Of a stretch of 64,000 nt of DNA, positions 50,535 through 63,655 are shown one piece after another (position 1 is the first letter of the stretch; the number at the start of each line of letters is the position of its first letter). The position numbers and the translations under genes were made by a program. Origin of the DNA: Octopus vulgaris (taxonomy: Eukaryota); NCBI GenBank assembly GCA_951406725.2, contig OX597839.1:37386001-37450000 (forward strand), read 5' to 3'. The notes beneath the pieces were generated by a model. That model made no database searches. It was not told the DNA's origin and saw only the letters and a program-made list of their open reading frames with translations.

Positions 50535-50702
50535 CTGTGTTTGTCCCCCTAGCATTGCTTGACAACTGATGCTGGTGTGTTTACATCCCCGTCACTTAGC
50601 GGTTCGACAAAAGAGACCGATAGAATAAGTCCCGGGGTTGATTTGCTTGACTAAAGGCGGTGCTCCAGCATGGCCGCAGTCAAATGACTGAAACAAGTAA
50701 AA
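50339..50702 (+). mobile_element. SINE family A
   Basis: Full-length match. Confidence 0.88.
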
Positions 50703-50989
50703 AAAAAAAATCCCCAAGTACAACATTCATAGATAGATATAGATATAAATATAAATATATATAGATAAGATATTTCTCTTGGGTTGAGCAATACTAATAA
50801 CCTGGCATTAGAACTCAATATAGACGCACTTCAGAATGAAACATCAGAATGGTAATAAGAAACATAAAGCTCCAATTAAGCTATAAAGTGATTCACAAGC
50901 ATTTAATTATGAATTCATTACATCTTATGGTAGAAATGGCTGTAAGCTAATGAAGTTCAGAACATAATTGTTTACTCTTTTACGCTTTC

Positions 50990-51362
50990 TCTTTTACTTG
51001 TTTCAGTCATATGACTGTGGCCATGCTGGAGCACCGCCTTTAGTCGAGCAAATTGACCCCTGGACTTATTCTTTGTAAGCCTAGTACTTATTCTATTGTT
51101 CTCTTTTGCCGAACCGCTAAGTTACTGGGACACAAACACATCAGTATTGGTTGTCAAGCGATGTTGGGGGGACAAACACAGACACACATACATATATACA
51201 ATGGGTTTCTTCCATTTTCCGTCTACCAAATCCACTCACAAGGCTTTGGTTGGCCCGAGGCTATAGTAGAAGACACTTGCCCAAAGTGCCACGCAGTGGG
51301 AATGAACCCGGAACCATGTGGTTAGTAAGTAAGCTACTTACCACACAGCCACTCCTGCACCT
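50990..51362 (-). mobile_element. SINE family A
   Basis: Reverse-complement match. Confidence 0.87.
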
Positions 51363-51874
51363 ATGTTTATTCATTTGTCATTCTAATTTTTTTATATATA
51401 AAGAGAAGGAAAGACAGTATGTAGATAGTGTTATAACACTATCCAAGCTGTTCTCTCTTGAAGTACATCTGCATATTCAAGTACTTGAAAATTGTATGTA
51501 GATGTAATATGAAGTATGCATAAGGGTTGAAAAATACTGGAAAATAGTTTTTTCAGAGTGATTACATATCAAAACAAAAGATCTCTTGCTTTAAATATGT
51601 GTGTGTATTTGAAGAATGAAACTAATTGGTCATTAAAAGGTAATTGAAGACTCTAAGGTTACATCAACTAATGAATCTGACTGATAGTCCACTCAATGAC
51701 ACAGACTTCCACGAAGTTATCTACCCAAGTACCAGAAGATTTGTTATCTCACCTCCATCAACAAAAGTAATGATCATATCGGTTATCTTTTACTTGCTTC
51801 GGTCATTAGACTGAGGCGATGCTGCGGCACTGCTTTGAAGGGTTTAGTCGTACAAATTGACCCAAGTACTTATT

Positions 51875-52093
51875 TTAACCCTTCCGTTGCCAAAACCGGC
51901 TCTGGCTCTGAGTACAAATGTCTTGTTTCCATAAGTTTTGAATTAAAATCTTCCACCAAACCTTAGTCACAATTTATGTTCCTAACACTGGCTGAATGAT
52001 AACTGAGTTATTTTACTAAATTCTTTGTTAGACTTAAAGTAATTGAAAGAAACACAGAGCATCCCAAATTAAATACAGTAATGAAAGGGTTAA
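51875..52093 (+). mobile_element. Second piggyBac-type MITE family
   Basis: TTAA|CCCTT...AAAGGG|TTAA. Homologous copy at about 5525-5712; degraded copies near 5873-6075 and 7120-7267. Confidence 0.75.
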
Positions 52094-52687
52094 AGTCTGA
52101 TGCTTATTCCATTCATCTCTTTTGCCTAAATGTTAAGTTACAGGGATGTAAACAAACCAGCCAGGGGTTGGGGGTCAAGTACAAAAAGACATGCACACAC
52201 AAACATATGTCGTCATCATCATCGTTTAACGTCTGCTTTCCATGCTGGCATGGGTTGGACGGTTTGACTGGGGACTGGTGAGCAAGATGGCTGCACCAGG
52301 CTCCAATCTGATCTGGCAAAGTTTCTACAGCTGGATGCCCTTCCTAACGCCAACCACTCCAAGAGGGTAGTGGGTGCTTTTACGTGTCATCGGCACGAGG
52401 GCTAGTCAGGCGGTATTGGCAATGGCCAGGATCAAATGATGGTTTTTACATGCCACCTGCACATGAGCCAGTCCAGTGGTACTGGCAACACCCTTGCTCA
52501 AATGTTGTTTTCCACATACCACTGGCACAGGTGCCAGTAAGGCGACGCTGGTAAAAATCATACTCGAATGGTGCTTTTTACGTGCCACTGGCACAGGGGC
52601 CCATCTATCTATCTACACACACACACACACACACACATTTACACACATACAAGGTGTGGTGAATATATTGTCGTGTAAATTATGCTA

Positions 52688-53006
52688 TTTTACATGTTTC
52701 AGTCATTTGACTGCGGCCATGCTGGAGCACCGCTTCTTTGTAAGCCCAGTACTTATTCTATCTGTCTCTTTTGCTGAACCGCTAAGTGACGGGGATATAA
52801 ACACACCAGCATCGGTTGTCAAGCAATGCTAGGGAGACAAACACATACATATATATATATATACGACAGGCTTCTTTCAGTTTCCGTCTACCAAATCCAC
52901 TCACAAGGCATTGGTCGGCCCGGGGCTATAGCAGAAGACACTTGCCCAAGATGCCAGGGAACCATATGGTTGGTTAGCAAGCTACTTACCACACAGCCAC
53001 TCCTGC
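52688..53006 (-). mobile_element. SINE family A with internal deletions
   Basis: Reverse-complement match. Confidence 0.85.
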
Positions 53007-53107
53007 AAAAATGAAAATAACACTGACATCTCATTTTCTCAGATATATTTACCAAAATTACATAAAAACATCTCGAAATACTAAACAGTAAATTTATTCA
53101 ATAAAAT

Positions 53108-53232
53108 CACCATGGCCTCCAGACAATTTTGCAATCTCCTGCAACTCTTCTGAATAGTCTCCTTGTTTAAGTTGGTGAATGCTGCCATAATCCTTGCCTT
53201 CAGTTCATCTTTGGTGCTACAAGGAGTCTTGT
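53108..53232 (-). mobile_element. Tc1/mariner (maT-like) transposase C-terminal fragment
   Basis: NKTPCSTKDELKARIMAAFTNLNKETIQKSCRRLQNCLEAMV. Confidence 0.7.
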
Positions 53233-54041
53233 TGAAGAAATTTCTCTGCTAATCTGTATTATCGCGGTGGTCACATGGAGCACAGAGTAACAGTTTGTTT
53301 AATTTTCTTTCAGTTTTAATAGAATTATATCTTGCTCTACTTTTGGTGTTAGAGAACTATATTCTCTGCCTTGTTTCACACCTATGTGCTTATTTCCATG
53401 TGTGAACGTCTCCACGTGTTACATGTGTGAAAGTATGTATACGTGTGTGTACTCATTCTCACATTCATGTGTGGGTGTGAGAAAGAGAATATTAATTAGT
53501 CGGAACAGATAAACGAGTGTTTATTTAGATGTTTGTGTGTGTGCTAGATATCTTTCATGTGCCTTTGTGTACAAGACTGTTAATGTGTTGTCGCATGTGT
53601 CTATTTAGCCTCTGCACTTAGATGTATATGTGTGATAGTTTTTTATGTATGTGTGTGTGTGTGAGATTTAGCATCCTGGACTTATTATCATAAACCTTAT
53701 TTGATATTTCTCTAGTTGTTTTACACAGTCAATATTACATGATAATACTACATAATCAATACAAAGTCTAATTTGTTTTATGTGCCGTGTGAGTTTCGAA
53801 TTTCTATGGTTATTTATCTTTTAACTCCAGGTCAGTCACAATCCAGCTGACCTGTGATCAGATGTGATCGTCTTATCTTTTTTTTTATTGACACAGTGTA
53901 TCTCAGTACATTTTCAAATATGTCCTGCCTTGCTGTTGTTTAGTCAGTCCTGACAAAGTATGCTTATCATCAAAAACATCACAGCTGTAACTATCCTATT
54001 TATTATTCAGATAGAGTATCTTGGACTACCTTATCTAATGG

Positions 54042-54410
54042 TGGAGGCGCAATGCCCCAGTGGTTAGGGCAGCGGACTCGCGGTTTCGATTCCCAGACCG
54101 GGCGTTGTGAGTGTTTATTGGGCGAAAACACCTAAAAGCTCCACGTGGCTCCGGCAGGGGATGGTGGTGATCCCTGCTGTACTCTTTCACCACAACTTTC
54201 TCTCACTCTTACTTCCTGTTTCTGTTGTACCTGTATTTCAAGGGGCCGGCCTTGTCACTCTCTGTCACGCTGAATATCCCCGAGAACTACGTTAAGGGTA
54301 CACGTGTCTGTGGAGTGCTCAGCCACTTACACGTTAATTTCACGAGCAGGCTGTTCCGTTGATTCGGATCAACCGGAACCCTCGTCATCGTAACCGATGG
54401 AGTGCTTCCA
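54042..54410 (+). mobile_element. tRNA-headed SINE with a different body but tail variant 3
   Basis: Tail CCTGTATTTCAA...AACCGA(C/T)GGAGTGCT shared with the 41525 copy. Apparent TSD ACCTTATCTAATG. Confidence 0.8.
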
Positions 54411-54977
54411 CCTTATCTAATGTGTCTGCTCTTGTTTAGTCAATCCTGATTTTTTAAAAAATGCAGAAAACAGAAGTGAAAAGGATGAATAACACGTGTG
54501 CATGTGTGTGTGTGCTGTTTACTTAGACGCAGCAAATGAATTGAGCTCAAATGCTGGGATTTCATTGGTTAAAATTCGAAGAATTAAACTACGTTAAACT
54601 TACAAATTACAATTTTGTTTTCAATTTTGTTTACATTAATGTTTTCTTTTGACACATTCTACAAGTATACGAAGTTTCAAATTGTTTAGTTAACTAGAAA
54701 ATTCCGTCCATCAAAAAGAAAAGATCCAACAAATTATTAAAAATATGACCATCCCATTTTTTATTCAGGCTTGGTGTATCTAGGACTATATTTTCTGATA
54801 CGGGTCATCATTGACCTATGACCTCTCCGACTTAACACTGATTGACATTACGATGATTGGCACACCAGCTCCCAGCAGCAATAAGAAATATTCCAGTTGA
54901 AATTTAAAGGGTTTAATTTCTTAGAGATTAACCCATCTACAGATGATGTCAGCTAACAAACGCTTCCCCTGGTTTAA

Positions 54978-55345
54978 AATAATAATAATGAAATTATTGT
55001 ATACGGTGCTCAGGTGCACCACAACTTGTCAAAAAGTGTGTATAAAGCATATGCAGTAATGTACAAATGTCTGGGAAGTGAACAGTGTATGAGTCAGATA
55101 CATGCTTGCATGTGTATGGAGGGGAAGAGAAAATCAAGTGTAGTGTTGGCGAATCTCAGGAAGCATGGAAGTTTTGAAGGATGCAGTGGTCCGACAACTA
55201 ACAACTGATGCCGGCAGTTTGTTCCATGCTTCAGCAACTCTCAACGTGAAAAAATGTTTTCTGAAGTCATGGGAGCTGTGCTGTTTTCTGACTTTGTAAA
55301 TATGTCCACGGGTGTTAGATGGGTGAAGTTTGAAAAGGTTATTGA
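54978..55345 (-). mobile_element. CR1-group LINE 3' fragment with (ATT)n tail
   Basis: NTRGHIYKVRKQHSSHDFRKHFFTLRVAEAWNKLPASVV. Confidence 0.85.
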
Positions 55346-55852
55346 TCGCCACTATGTTGGGTAAAGTATCCTGTCACGGAGACATCAAGGCAACCTCATT
55401 TTTTTTAAAGCTGACTGCTTGAGACTCCAACGTTTTTGTCTAATGCCAGTGTAATAGTATAATACAGACTGCTGTGTGGGACTTTTACCTGAGAATCTAC
55501 CTGAGGAATGTAAAAATATAAAACAAAGCTATGTAACCCTATAAGCTGACTTACAATCAGCAGTCAGAACCAGTTGTGGTGAGAAGTCGATGATGATCTG
55601 TATGTCCTTTCTTGATTTCATTTAGCCCCAGGTCAGTCCTCACAAAACAGACCATTGATTTAAAACATTACAGCTTTGACCACCTAGGAGTACATTATCA
55701 GCTTCCAACCATGCCTATCCCATATAATGTTCAGGCATTGCATATTGAGGAGTACATCATTTTATGTGTCTGATCTTTTTAAGATTGTAGGATGTCACCT
55801 GAGTAGGAATTTAACTGCTATTTCAGCAGTTGATGTAACCATCTAGAGTCAC

Positions 55853-56100
55853 CTGGCTCGTGGCTTAGTGGTTAGGGTGTCAGCATCATGACCGTAAGAT
55901 TGTGGTTTCAATTCCTGGACCGGGCGACGCGTTGTGTTCTTGAGCAAAACACTTCATTTCACGTTGCTCCAGTCCACTCAGCTGGCAAAAATGAGTAATG
56001 CTGCGATGGACTGGCGTCCCATCCAGCTGGGGAACACATACGCCATAGAAACCGGGAAACCAGGCCCATGAGCCTGGTTAGGCTTTAAAAGGGCGCATTT
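55853..56100 (+). mobile_element. SINE family D, tail variant 2
   Basis: tRNA-like head, core, and tail ending TTTAAAAGGGCGC. Confidence 0.85.
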
Positions 56101-56719
56101 ATTTATTATTTATTGTTATACTTAGAAATGCCTTGAAATATTGAAAGGTGAGTGAATGTGACGAGGATGGCCTGTGTGAATAGGCCTATTCAGAACGTTC
56201 ATTTGTACTCAGAACATTCATTTCTTTGAGACATGGTTCTCATACACAAGCACAAAGACACACACACACTTAGTATAACTGATGTAAATGCCTTGAAACC
56301 CGCATTTAAGAGCTCTCAAGCGACCACATTTGGATTGCTGTGCAGAAACAAATGTTGTGGTCTTCTATTAAAACCTGACACCTTTGCCTTATATTATTCT
56401 TACATATACGTATATTCCTTTATTCTTTACTTATTTGACTGTGGACATGCTGGAGCACTGCTTTTTAGTCAAAGAAATCAACTCATTCTTTGCTGAACTG
56501 CTAAGTGTGTGTGTGTGTGTATATGATGAGCTTCCCCCCACAGTTACTCTATACTGAATTCACTCACAAGACATTGGTCAAGCAGGTGGGGAGGGGCTAG
56601 AGTAGAGGACATTTGCTCAAGGTGTTGCACAGTGGGACCGAACCTGAAAGGAAATAGTTGCATAGCAAGCTTCTTTACCACACAGCCATGCTTGCACCTA
56701 TGGCTAAAATTTAATCAGT

Positions 56720-57070
56720 TATGGTAGTGGTCATGGCAGTGACAGTTGTGGTGGTGGTGGTGATGGTTGTAGTTCTGGTGGTGGTGGTTGTAGTTGTGGT
56801 TATGGTGGTGGTGGTTGTAATAGTGGTGGTAGTAATGGTGGTGGTGGTTATGGTGTTTGCAGTAGTGGTGGTTGTGGTTGCGGTGTATGCAGTGGAGGTG
56901 GTGGTGGTGTTGGTTGTTGTTGTAGTTGTGGTGGTGGTGGTTGTGGTGGTGGTGGTGGTAATGGTGGTGGTGGTGGTGGTTATGGTGTTTGCGGCAGTGG
57001 TGGTTGTGGTGTATGCAGTGGTGGTGGTTGTGGTGATGGTGGTAGTAGTTGTAGTGGTGGTGGTGGTGAC
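56720..57070. repeat. Degenerate (GTG/GTT/GTA)n trinucleotide repeat
   Basis: Directly visible; produces spurious poly-Val and poly-His ORFs. Confidence 0.92.
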
Positions 57071-57775
57071 ATTGCGTGATGAACTTGTGGTATTTTAGCT
57101 GTAGTTGTTTATTAATCCACAAGCAGGTGGGTGGGGTGGGATAAGGGAGATTTACTCAACAGCTGTTCCCTCCTCTCATTGCCCCCCCACCCACCTCTCT
57201 GTCCCCTCCACCCCCTCATCACATCCGTGTATCTATAATCTGGAGTATCAAGACAGCATGGCTTACGAATAAATCTGTCGTCACTTATCCATATTTATTT
57301 AATCATCTCCTGAAATTAGGGCCCCAGATGGGGGCCTTTTTTTTATTTGTTTTGTTTTGTTTTTTGCTTGTTTCTTGCAGGTCTTTTGAGGGTCAAACCA
57401 AACTGTTTAACTTTTATATATGATTCAGTCATTCGACTGTGGCCCATACTGGAGTACCACCTTGAAGGATTTCATCAAACACAATCAACCATTAAACTCG
57501 TTGTTTTATGTCTGGTACCTATTCTAAGTTATGGGGACATGAACAAAGCAACACAGGTTGTGAAGTGATGGTAGGAGACAAACACAAGGACACACACACA
57601 CATGTATGACAGGCTTCTATGCAGTTTCCATCGACCATCTTCCCTCACAAGGCAATGGTCAGCTCAGTGCTATATTAGATAACACTTGCTCAAAGTGCCC
57701 TGCAATGGGATTGAACCTGAAGTGACATGGTTGCAAAGTAAGAGTGTTAACTACACATCCATACTCTTTTCCTCA

Positions 57776-58151
57776 ATTACTTGTTTCAGTCATTTGACTG
57801 CGGCCATGCTGGAGCACCACCTTTAGTCGAGCAACTCGACCCCAGGACTTATTTTTTGTAAGCCTAGTACTTATTCTATTGGTCTTTTTTGCCAAACCGC
57901 TAAGTTACAGGGACGTAAACACACAGTTGTCAAGCAATGTTGGGGGGGGGGGGGGCAAACACAGACACACAAATACATATATATATATATACGACGAGCT
58001 TCTTTCAGTTTCCGTCTACTACATCCTCTCACAAGGCTTTGGTCGGCCCGAGGCTATAGTAGAAGACACTTGCCCAAGGTGCCATGCAGTGGGACTGAAC
58101 CCGGAACTATGTGGTTGGTAAGCAAGCTACTTACCACAAAGCCACACCCGC
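57776..58151 (-). mobile_element. SINE family A
   Basis: Reverse-complement match. Older degenerate copies at about 10390-10530, 30583-30923, 56420-56700 and 57410-57760. Confidence 0.85.
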
Positions 58152-58442
58152 ATTATTTAAAAATCTTTTCTTCTTTTTCTTTCAGTTAGAAACCTGCAAA
58201 GCTCCAGTGACCTCTTCACCTCTCGGCTCGTTTACAGTGTTGACATTTTGAACAGCAAAAAGCCAAGAGGTGAAACTTTCTCTCCAACCAGTTGCAATGC
58301 TGTTAATTTATTCACACAACTCCTGGATTAATTACAGTTGGCCTTACTTCATTCAACACATGCCACAACTCTTAGTTAGTAACGCTGTTTGTTATTGAAT
58401 CTCACACCACATCTCCATAAATAAGATGTTCCATCTGTAACC

Positions 58443-58656
58443 TATTTCTTTACTACCCACAAGGGGCTAAACACAGAGAGGACAAACAAGGACAGACAAA
58501 TGGATTAAGTCGATTATATCGACCCCAGTGTGTAACTGGTACTTATTTAATCGACCCCAAAAGGAAGAAAGGCAAAGTCGACCTCGGCGGAATTTGAACT
58601 CAGAACGTAACAGCAGACGAAATACGGCTACGCATTTCGCCCGGCGTGCTAACGTC
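58443..58656 (-). mobile_element. SINE family B, 5'-truncated
   Basis: TSD TCTGTAACC on both sides. Confidence 0.87.
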
Positions 58657-59273
58657 TCTGTAACCATTTTTTGTTATCCAACATGTTTTTTCCATTTTTT
58701 TATAAAGCCAGTACAATATGGTTTGAGAGGTGAGAGACTCATAGTTCTTATTGGTTGCCAGTTTGAGAAACCATGTGGAAACTCCTTCTCTGTTTTTTTT
58801 TTTATGTAGTATTAGATGATACAGTCCCCCCTCCCAACATATATATATGTATGAAGGCAAAGTTTACGAAAATAAACAAAAGACGAAGGCAGGTGGAATA
58901 CAAACAAACAAATGTATTAGTATAGTGCTCAGGAATAGAAAAAATCTTTTACGTTTCGAGCCTACGCTCTTCTTCGACAGAAAGATACACAGAAAAAAAC
59001 AAGGAGAGAAAAAAATATATATATGTACACCAGTGTATGTGTGTTTGTCTATATGAATATATTTGCCTAGTTGGCCACACACCTTCACTATTACTAAAAT
59101 GATGATGATGATATATTTCGATTCATATGTACAAATACAAGTATCATATTACATGAAGGCACATAGCCTTTATGTAAAATAGGTTTCAAATTTTGGCACA
59201 ATGCCAGCAACTGTTGTAGAGGATCTAAGTCGACCCCATCAACCCCAATACTCAACTGGTATTTATTTATCAA

Positions 59274-59509
59274 AGCGGTGAGCTGGCAGAAACGTTAGCA
59301 CGCCAGGCGAAAGGCTTGGCAGTATTTCGTCTGCGTTATGTTCTGAGTTCAAATTCCGCCGAGGTCGACTTTGCCTTTTATCCTTTCAGGGTCAATAAAT
59401 TAAGTACCAGTTACGCACTAGGGTTGATGTAATCGACTTAATACCTATGTCTGTCCTTGTTTGTCCCCTCTGTGTTTAGCCCCTTGTGGGTAATAAAGAA
59501 ATAGAAATA
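59274..59509 (+). mobile_element. SINE family B nested in an older opposite-strand family B copy
   Basis: 16-bp TSD GGTATTTATTTATCAA at 59258-59273 and 59510-59525. Confidence 0.88.
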
Positions 59510-61304
59510 GGTATTTATTTATCAATCCCAAAAGGAAGAAAGGCAAGCTCATCCCTGACAGCATTTGAACTCAGAAGGTTAAGTCAGAAGAAAAACCTGT
59601 GAGCACTTTTTCTGAAGCAGTAACGATGTTGCCAGCTTATCACCTTGTCTTTATGGAATATTAGCTAACCTTGTGGTTAGTGCAATGCCCTCAGAATCAT
59701 AAGATCAGGGTTTCAATTCTAGGACCTGGTAGTGCATTGTATTCTTGATCAAAACATTTCATTTCACGTTGCTCCAGTCCATTCAACTCAAAATGAGTTC
59801 CAATAGTATCTGGGAAGTTAACCCTGCAAACAACCAGTAACCCTTTTGGTCAGGGAGTGTTGTAACCTCAGTCACTCGGATGCCATGGAAACCAGATTTT
59901 AGCTCCAGCCTTATGAACCCTGGGGTGGCATTTAATGGATCTATTCACACTGTTTAATTTATTACAGTAACATCAACCTTTCCACATTGGACTTTTAAGT
60001 GTCGTTCACTTCATATATCGGAATACAAAATACAATTGAGACACATGTTTTTGTTGTTGTTTTTTTTTGCTGAGTTTTAAAGGAGGAGCAATGCCCATGA
60101 TCTCCTCCTGATGCTCTCCCAGACTAATCAGATTGATGTTGTGAATGTTTATTTAGAACTTGGTAAGTCAGTAACTTCAAGGAAGATATGAGCAGGAAGG
60201 GAATTCCAGAGGGCTGCCATTCTGGGAAGTGGGTGGTGGACGGTAATGTAAACTCACTTTCTTGACCCCTTCAGTGTAGCAGGTTCTGAGAGAGAGAGAG
60301 AGAGAAAGAGACAAACAGACAGACAGACATAGACAGACAGATAGATAGATAGATAGATAGATAGACAGATGGATTGTGCTTCTTCCCATTTCTCTCTACC
60401 AAATCCACTCCCAAGGCTTTGGTCTCCTACTGTAATCCCAGGTTTTGGTCACTTCAAGATTGTAGCAGAAGACACTCGACCTAGTTGCCATGCAGTAAAA
60501 TGGAAACCCTATCCATGTGATTAGAAAGCAAACTTCCATGCATGCACCTATATGTTTTCATCTTGGATGAGACTTTCTAACTCCATTTTCCTTTCCCATT
60601 TGATGTATTTTATCTGATTTTGAATTTCTATTGATTTGAGTCATATTAATGAGAATAACTTTTATGATGATTTAATATGCAGCCTTCAGGCTCTTGTCTC
60701 TCACAGCAATATATTTGGAGTGATTAGGCCATGTCATGCAATGAAGTCATGAATAACGACAAAAGAACTTTGATAAGCCAACAAGTTGATGGATTGATCA
60801 AATGATCAATCAAGCAATCAATTAGTTGATTGGTTAATTTGTATTTTGTTGATTTAGACACAAGGCCAGCAATTTTATGGCAGAGAAAGGGGTCTCATTG
60901 ATGAATCAATCCCCCAATACTTGATTGACACATTGTGTGTGTTTGTTTGTTTACATCCCCATTACTTAACAGTTCAGCAAAACAGAGACTGATAGAATAA
61001 GTACCAAAGCCCTCAAAAATAAGTCCCGGGGTTAACTTGATGAACTAAAAAACCCTTCAAGGTGATGCCATACTATGACTGCAGTTCAAAATAACTTTTA
61101 AAAGGGTAAAAATTTGAAGGGATTTTTAATAACATAACATTGGTATTAGGAAGGGTATAGAAATCATGCCAAAGCAGATGTTGGTCCCTCACACAGTCCC
61201 CTGATGTATTTGATCCTGTCAAACCATCCAGCCTATGGAGACATGGAAACGAAACATTAAATGCGCTGGTTGTAAAACGTGTGTTCACTTTGCACAAGCG
61301 AACA

Positions 61305-61540
61305 CCTTCCATCCTGCTCTTATTCTCCTTGAGATTTCTTGAGACATGGATGCTATCCATGTCTTGGTGTATATTCACTATGTTCCCCCAGTAAACATAC
61401 TTACCTCCTGCATTTCATTGCTATTCAGTCTTATGTGACGTTGTCGTCCCTCATATATTACGTTTTCATATGGTTCATTTTAAAGTTTACTGCTGAGCTA
61501 TGGGTGCCCAGCTCTGTCAGCATGGTCAGCAGCTTAGAAA
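61305..61540 (-). mobile_element. Degenerate RTE-like reverse transcriptase fragment
   Basis: MLTELGTHSSAVNFKMNHMKT*YM...ISRRIRAGWK across frameshifts. Confidence 0.6.
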
Positions 61541-61944
61541 GAAACATTGGTTATGGGCATGGCCCCTTTCTCCAAACTCAGCCAGTATAAAAAAAATAAA
61601 TAAAAACAAAAAAAACAAACGACAACAAAAAATTGATTAGTTGCCTAGGTAACAGAATTACCTACAAAATTCAGAAAAGTTTATTTAGAGAGTGCAGACT
61701 GTTAATTACACCAGTTATGATTAATGTACTTATAGCAAAAGTGTTGTTGAGAAGTCACACACTCTGCTAGCTACCATTTCCACAACCTTCCTACATCTGT
61801 TTGTGCCACTATCTACTACAGAATAGTATTAAATTCCTTGACACCAAATACTCCCTTTGATACAGACAATCCTCTCCAAATGTATTAACATTCATATCTA
61901 AAATCTAAAACTGGCAGCTTCTGTTGAAAGTCTTTCATTATCAT

Positions 61945-61978
<34 letters not shown>

Positions 61979-62140
61979 TCCACATGGTACAGAAGTTGTT
62001 GTAACTGTTGCTGCCGTGGTTGCTGTTGTTGCAGCTGCTGCTACTACTGCCGCTGCTGCTGGTTTTGCAGTTTAGTTCCTCTTCAGTTCTAATCAAGAGG
62101 ATATACTTGGGTATTTTTCTCTCTCTTATTCCTTACTTAA

Positions 62141-62349
62141 ACCTTTAGTATTTAACCCGGCCAAAATAGTTAATCTGTTTTATGTTCAAACTGATCAGAT
62201 CCAGGCCCTCACACCTAACCTACAATGTTATTCTACATTAAGTAATTACACCATCAAGATCTTGAAGATATGAGAAAATGCACGATTAATTCAAATCAAT
62301 GGGAATCAATAAGCATTATGTTTGATAGAATAATCTGAACACTAAAGGG
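62141..62349 (+). mobile_element. piggyBac-type MITE, same family as 34266-34486
   Basis: TTAA flanks at 62137-62140 and 62350-62353. Confidence 0.85.
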
Positions 62350-62848
62350 TTAAACCTTTAGCATTCAGATTACCTTGAATTAATGAGACATTATCTTTTA
62401 ACTTCAAGATTTTGATAATGTAACTGCTTATTTTTAGAATGACATTGTAGGACAGGTGTGAGAGACTGGACCTGGCCATTTTAAACATAAAATAAATAGA
62501 GTAACCCCATAAACCGGCCTACACCACTATAATATATTTTCACATGTGTGTGTGTTTATAAAACATGTCCAGAGTTTTCTCCCATTCTTACTGGAATAAT
62601 TAAAATAATATTAGCCACTGACCAATATATCTTTTCCTCACTGTGTAATTGCATCTAATTAAATATTTTATGTACAGTGCATTAATTATATAAACATGAA
62701 CTTAGACTGTATTTTTATGCAACAATCAAAATCAAAAACACTACACCACCCATGACTTGCAGAAGCATTCTGTCATGCTCAGAATTGTAAAAATATGAAC
62801 TGTAACCACCCACATCAATTATTATCTGTCAGGACACTGTACCCTTCA

Positions 62849-63655
62849 AGGTGGTGAGCAGGCAGAAGCGTTAGCGGGTGAAATGCTTAGCAGTATTTCG
62901 TCTGCCGTTACGTTCTGAGTTCAAATTCCGCCGGAGTTGACTTTGCCTTTCATCCTTTTGGGGTCGATAAATTAAGTACCTATTTCTTTACTACCCACAA
63001 GGGGCAAAACACAGATGGGACACACAAGGACAGACAAACGAATTAAGTCGATTATGTCGACCCCAGTGTGTAACTGGTACTTTACTTAATCGACCCTGAA
63101 AGGATGAAAGGCAAAGTCTACCTCGGCAGAATATGAACTCAGAACATAGCAGGCAGACAAAATATCGCTTAGCATTTCGCCCGGCGTGCTAACGTTCTGC
63201 CAGCTCACCGCCTTAACTACCCACATCAATTATTATTTTATTAAATTAAGTACCAGTTACGCACTGGGGTCAATGTAATTGACTTAATCTCATTGTCTGT
63301 CCTTCTATATCCCCACTATGTTTAGCCCCTTTTGGGCAATAAAGAAATAAGAAACAGCTTGGGTTCTTTCCCTAACATTTATTCTGCCGAGGTCGACTTT
63401 GCCTTTCATCCTTTCAGGGTCGATTAAATAAGTACCAGTTATGCACTGCGGTCGATATAATCGACTTAATCCATTTTTCTGTCCTTGTTTGTCTCCTCTA
63501 TGTTTAGCCCCTTGTGGGTAATAAAGAAATAGGTATCTCGTTTGTCTTTGTGTTCTGAGCTCAAATTCCGCTGGGATCGACTTTGCCTTTCATCCTTTTG
63601 GAGGTCGATAGATTAAGTACCAGTGGCATACTAAGGTCGATTTAATCGACTGCCC
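62849..63655. mobile_element. Cluster of nested and fragmented family B SINEs
   Basis: A plus copy is interrupted at AAATTAAGTACC by a minus copy (about 62980-63213), followed by further partial copies. Confidence 0.85.

Noticed and set aside
54042-54105. tRNA-like sequence (also heads at 41525, 55853, 17612 and the family A heads)
   Set aside because: A and B boxes are present but there is no complete cloverleaf, and each continues into a SINE body.
56715-57122. Poly-His (minus) and poly-Val (plus) ORFs
   Set aside because: Translations of a degenerate trinucleotide repeat, with no splice or homology support.
57318-57345. GC hairpin followed by a T-run resembling an intrinsic terminator
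   Set aside because: Eukaryotic intergenic DNA with no Pol III promoter or upstream gene evident; likely chance.
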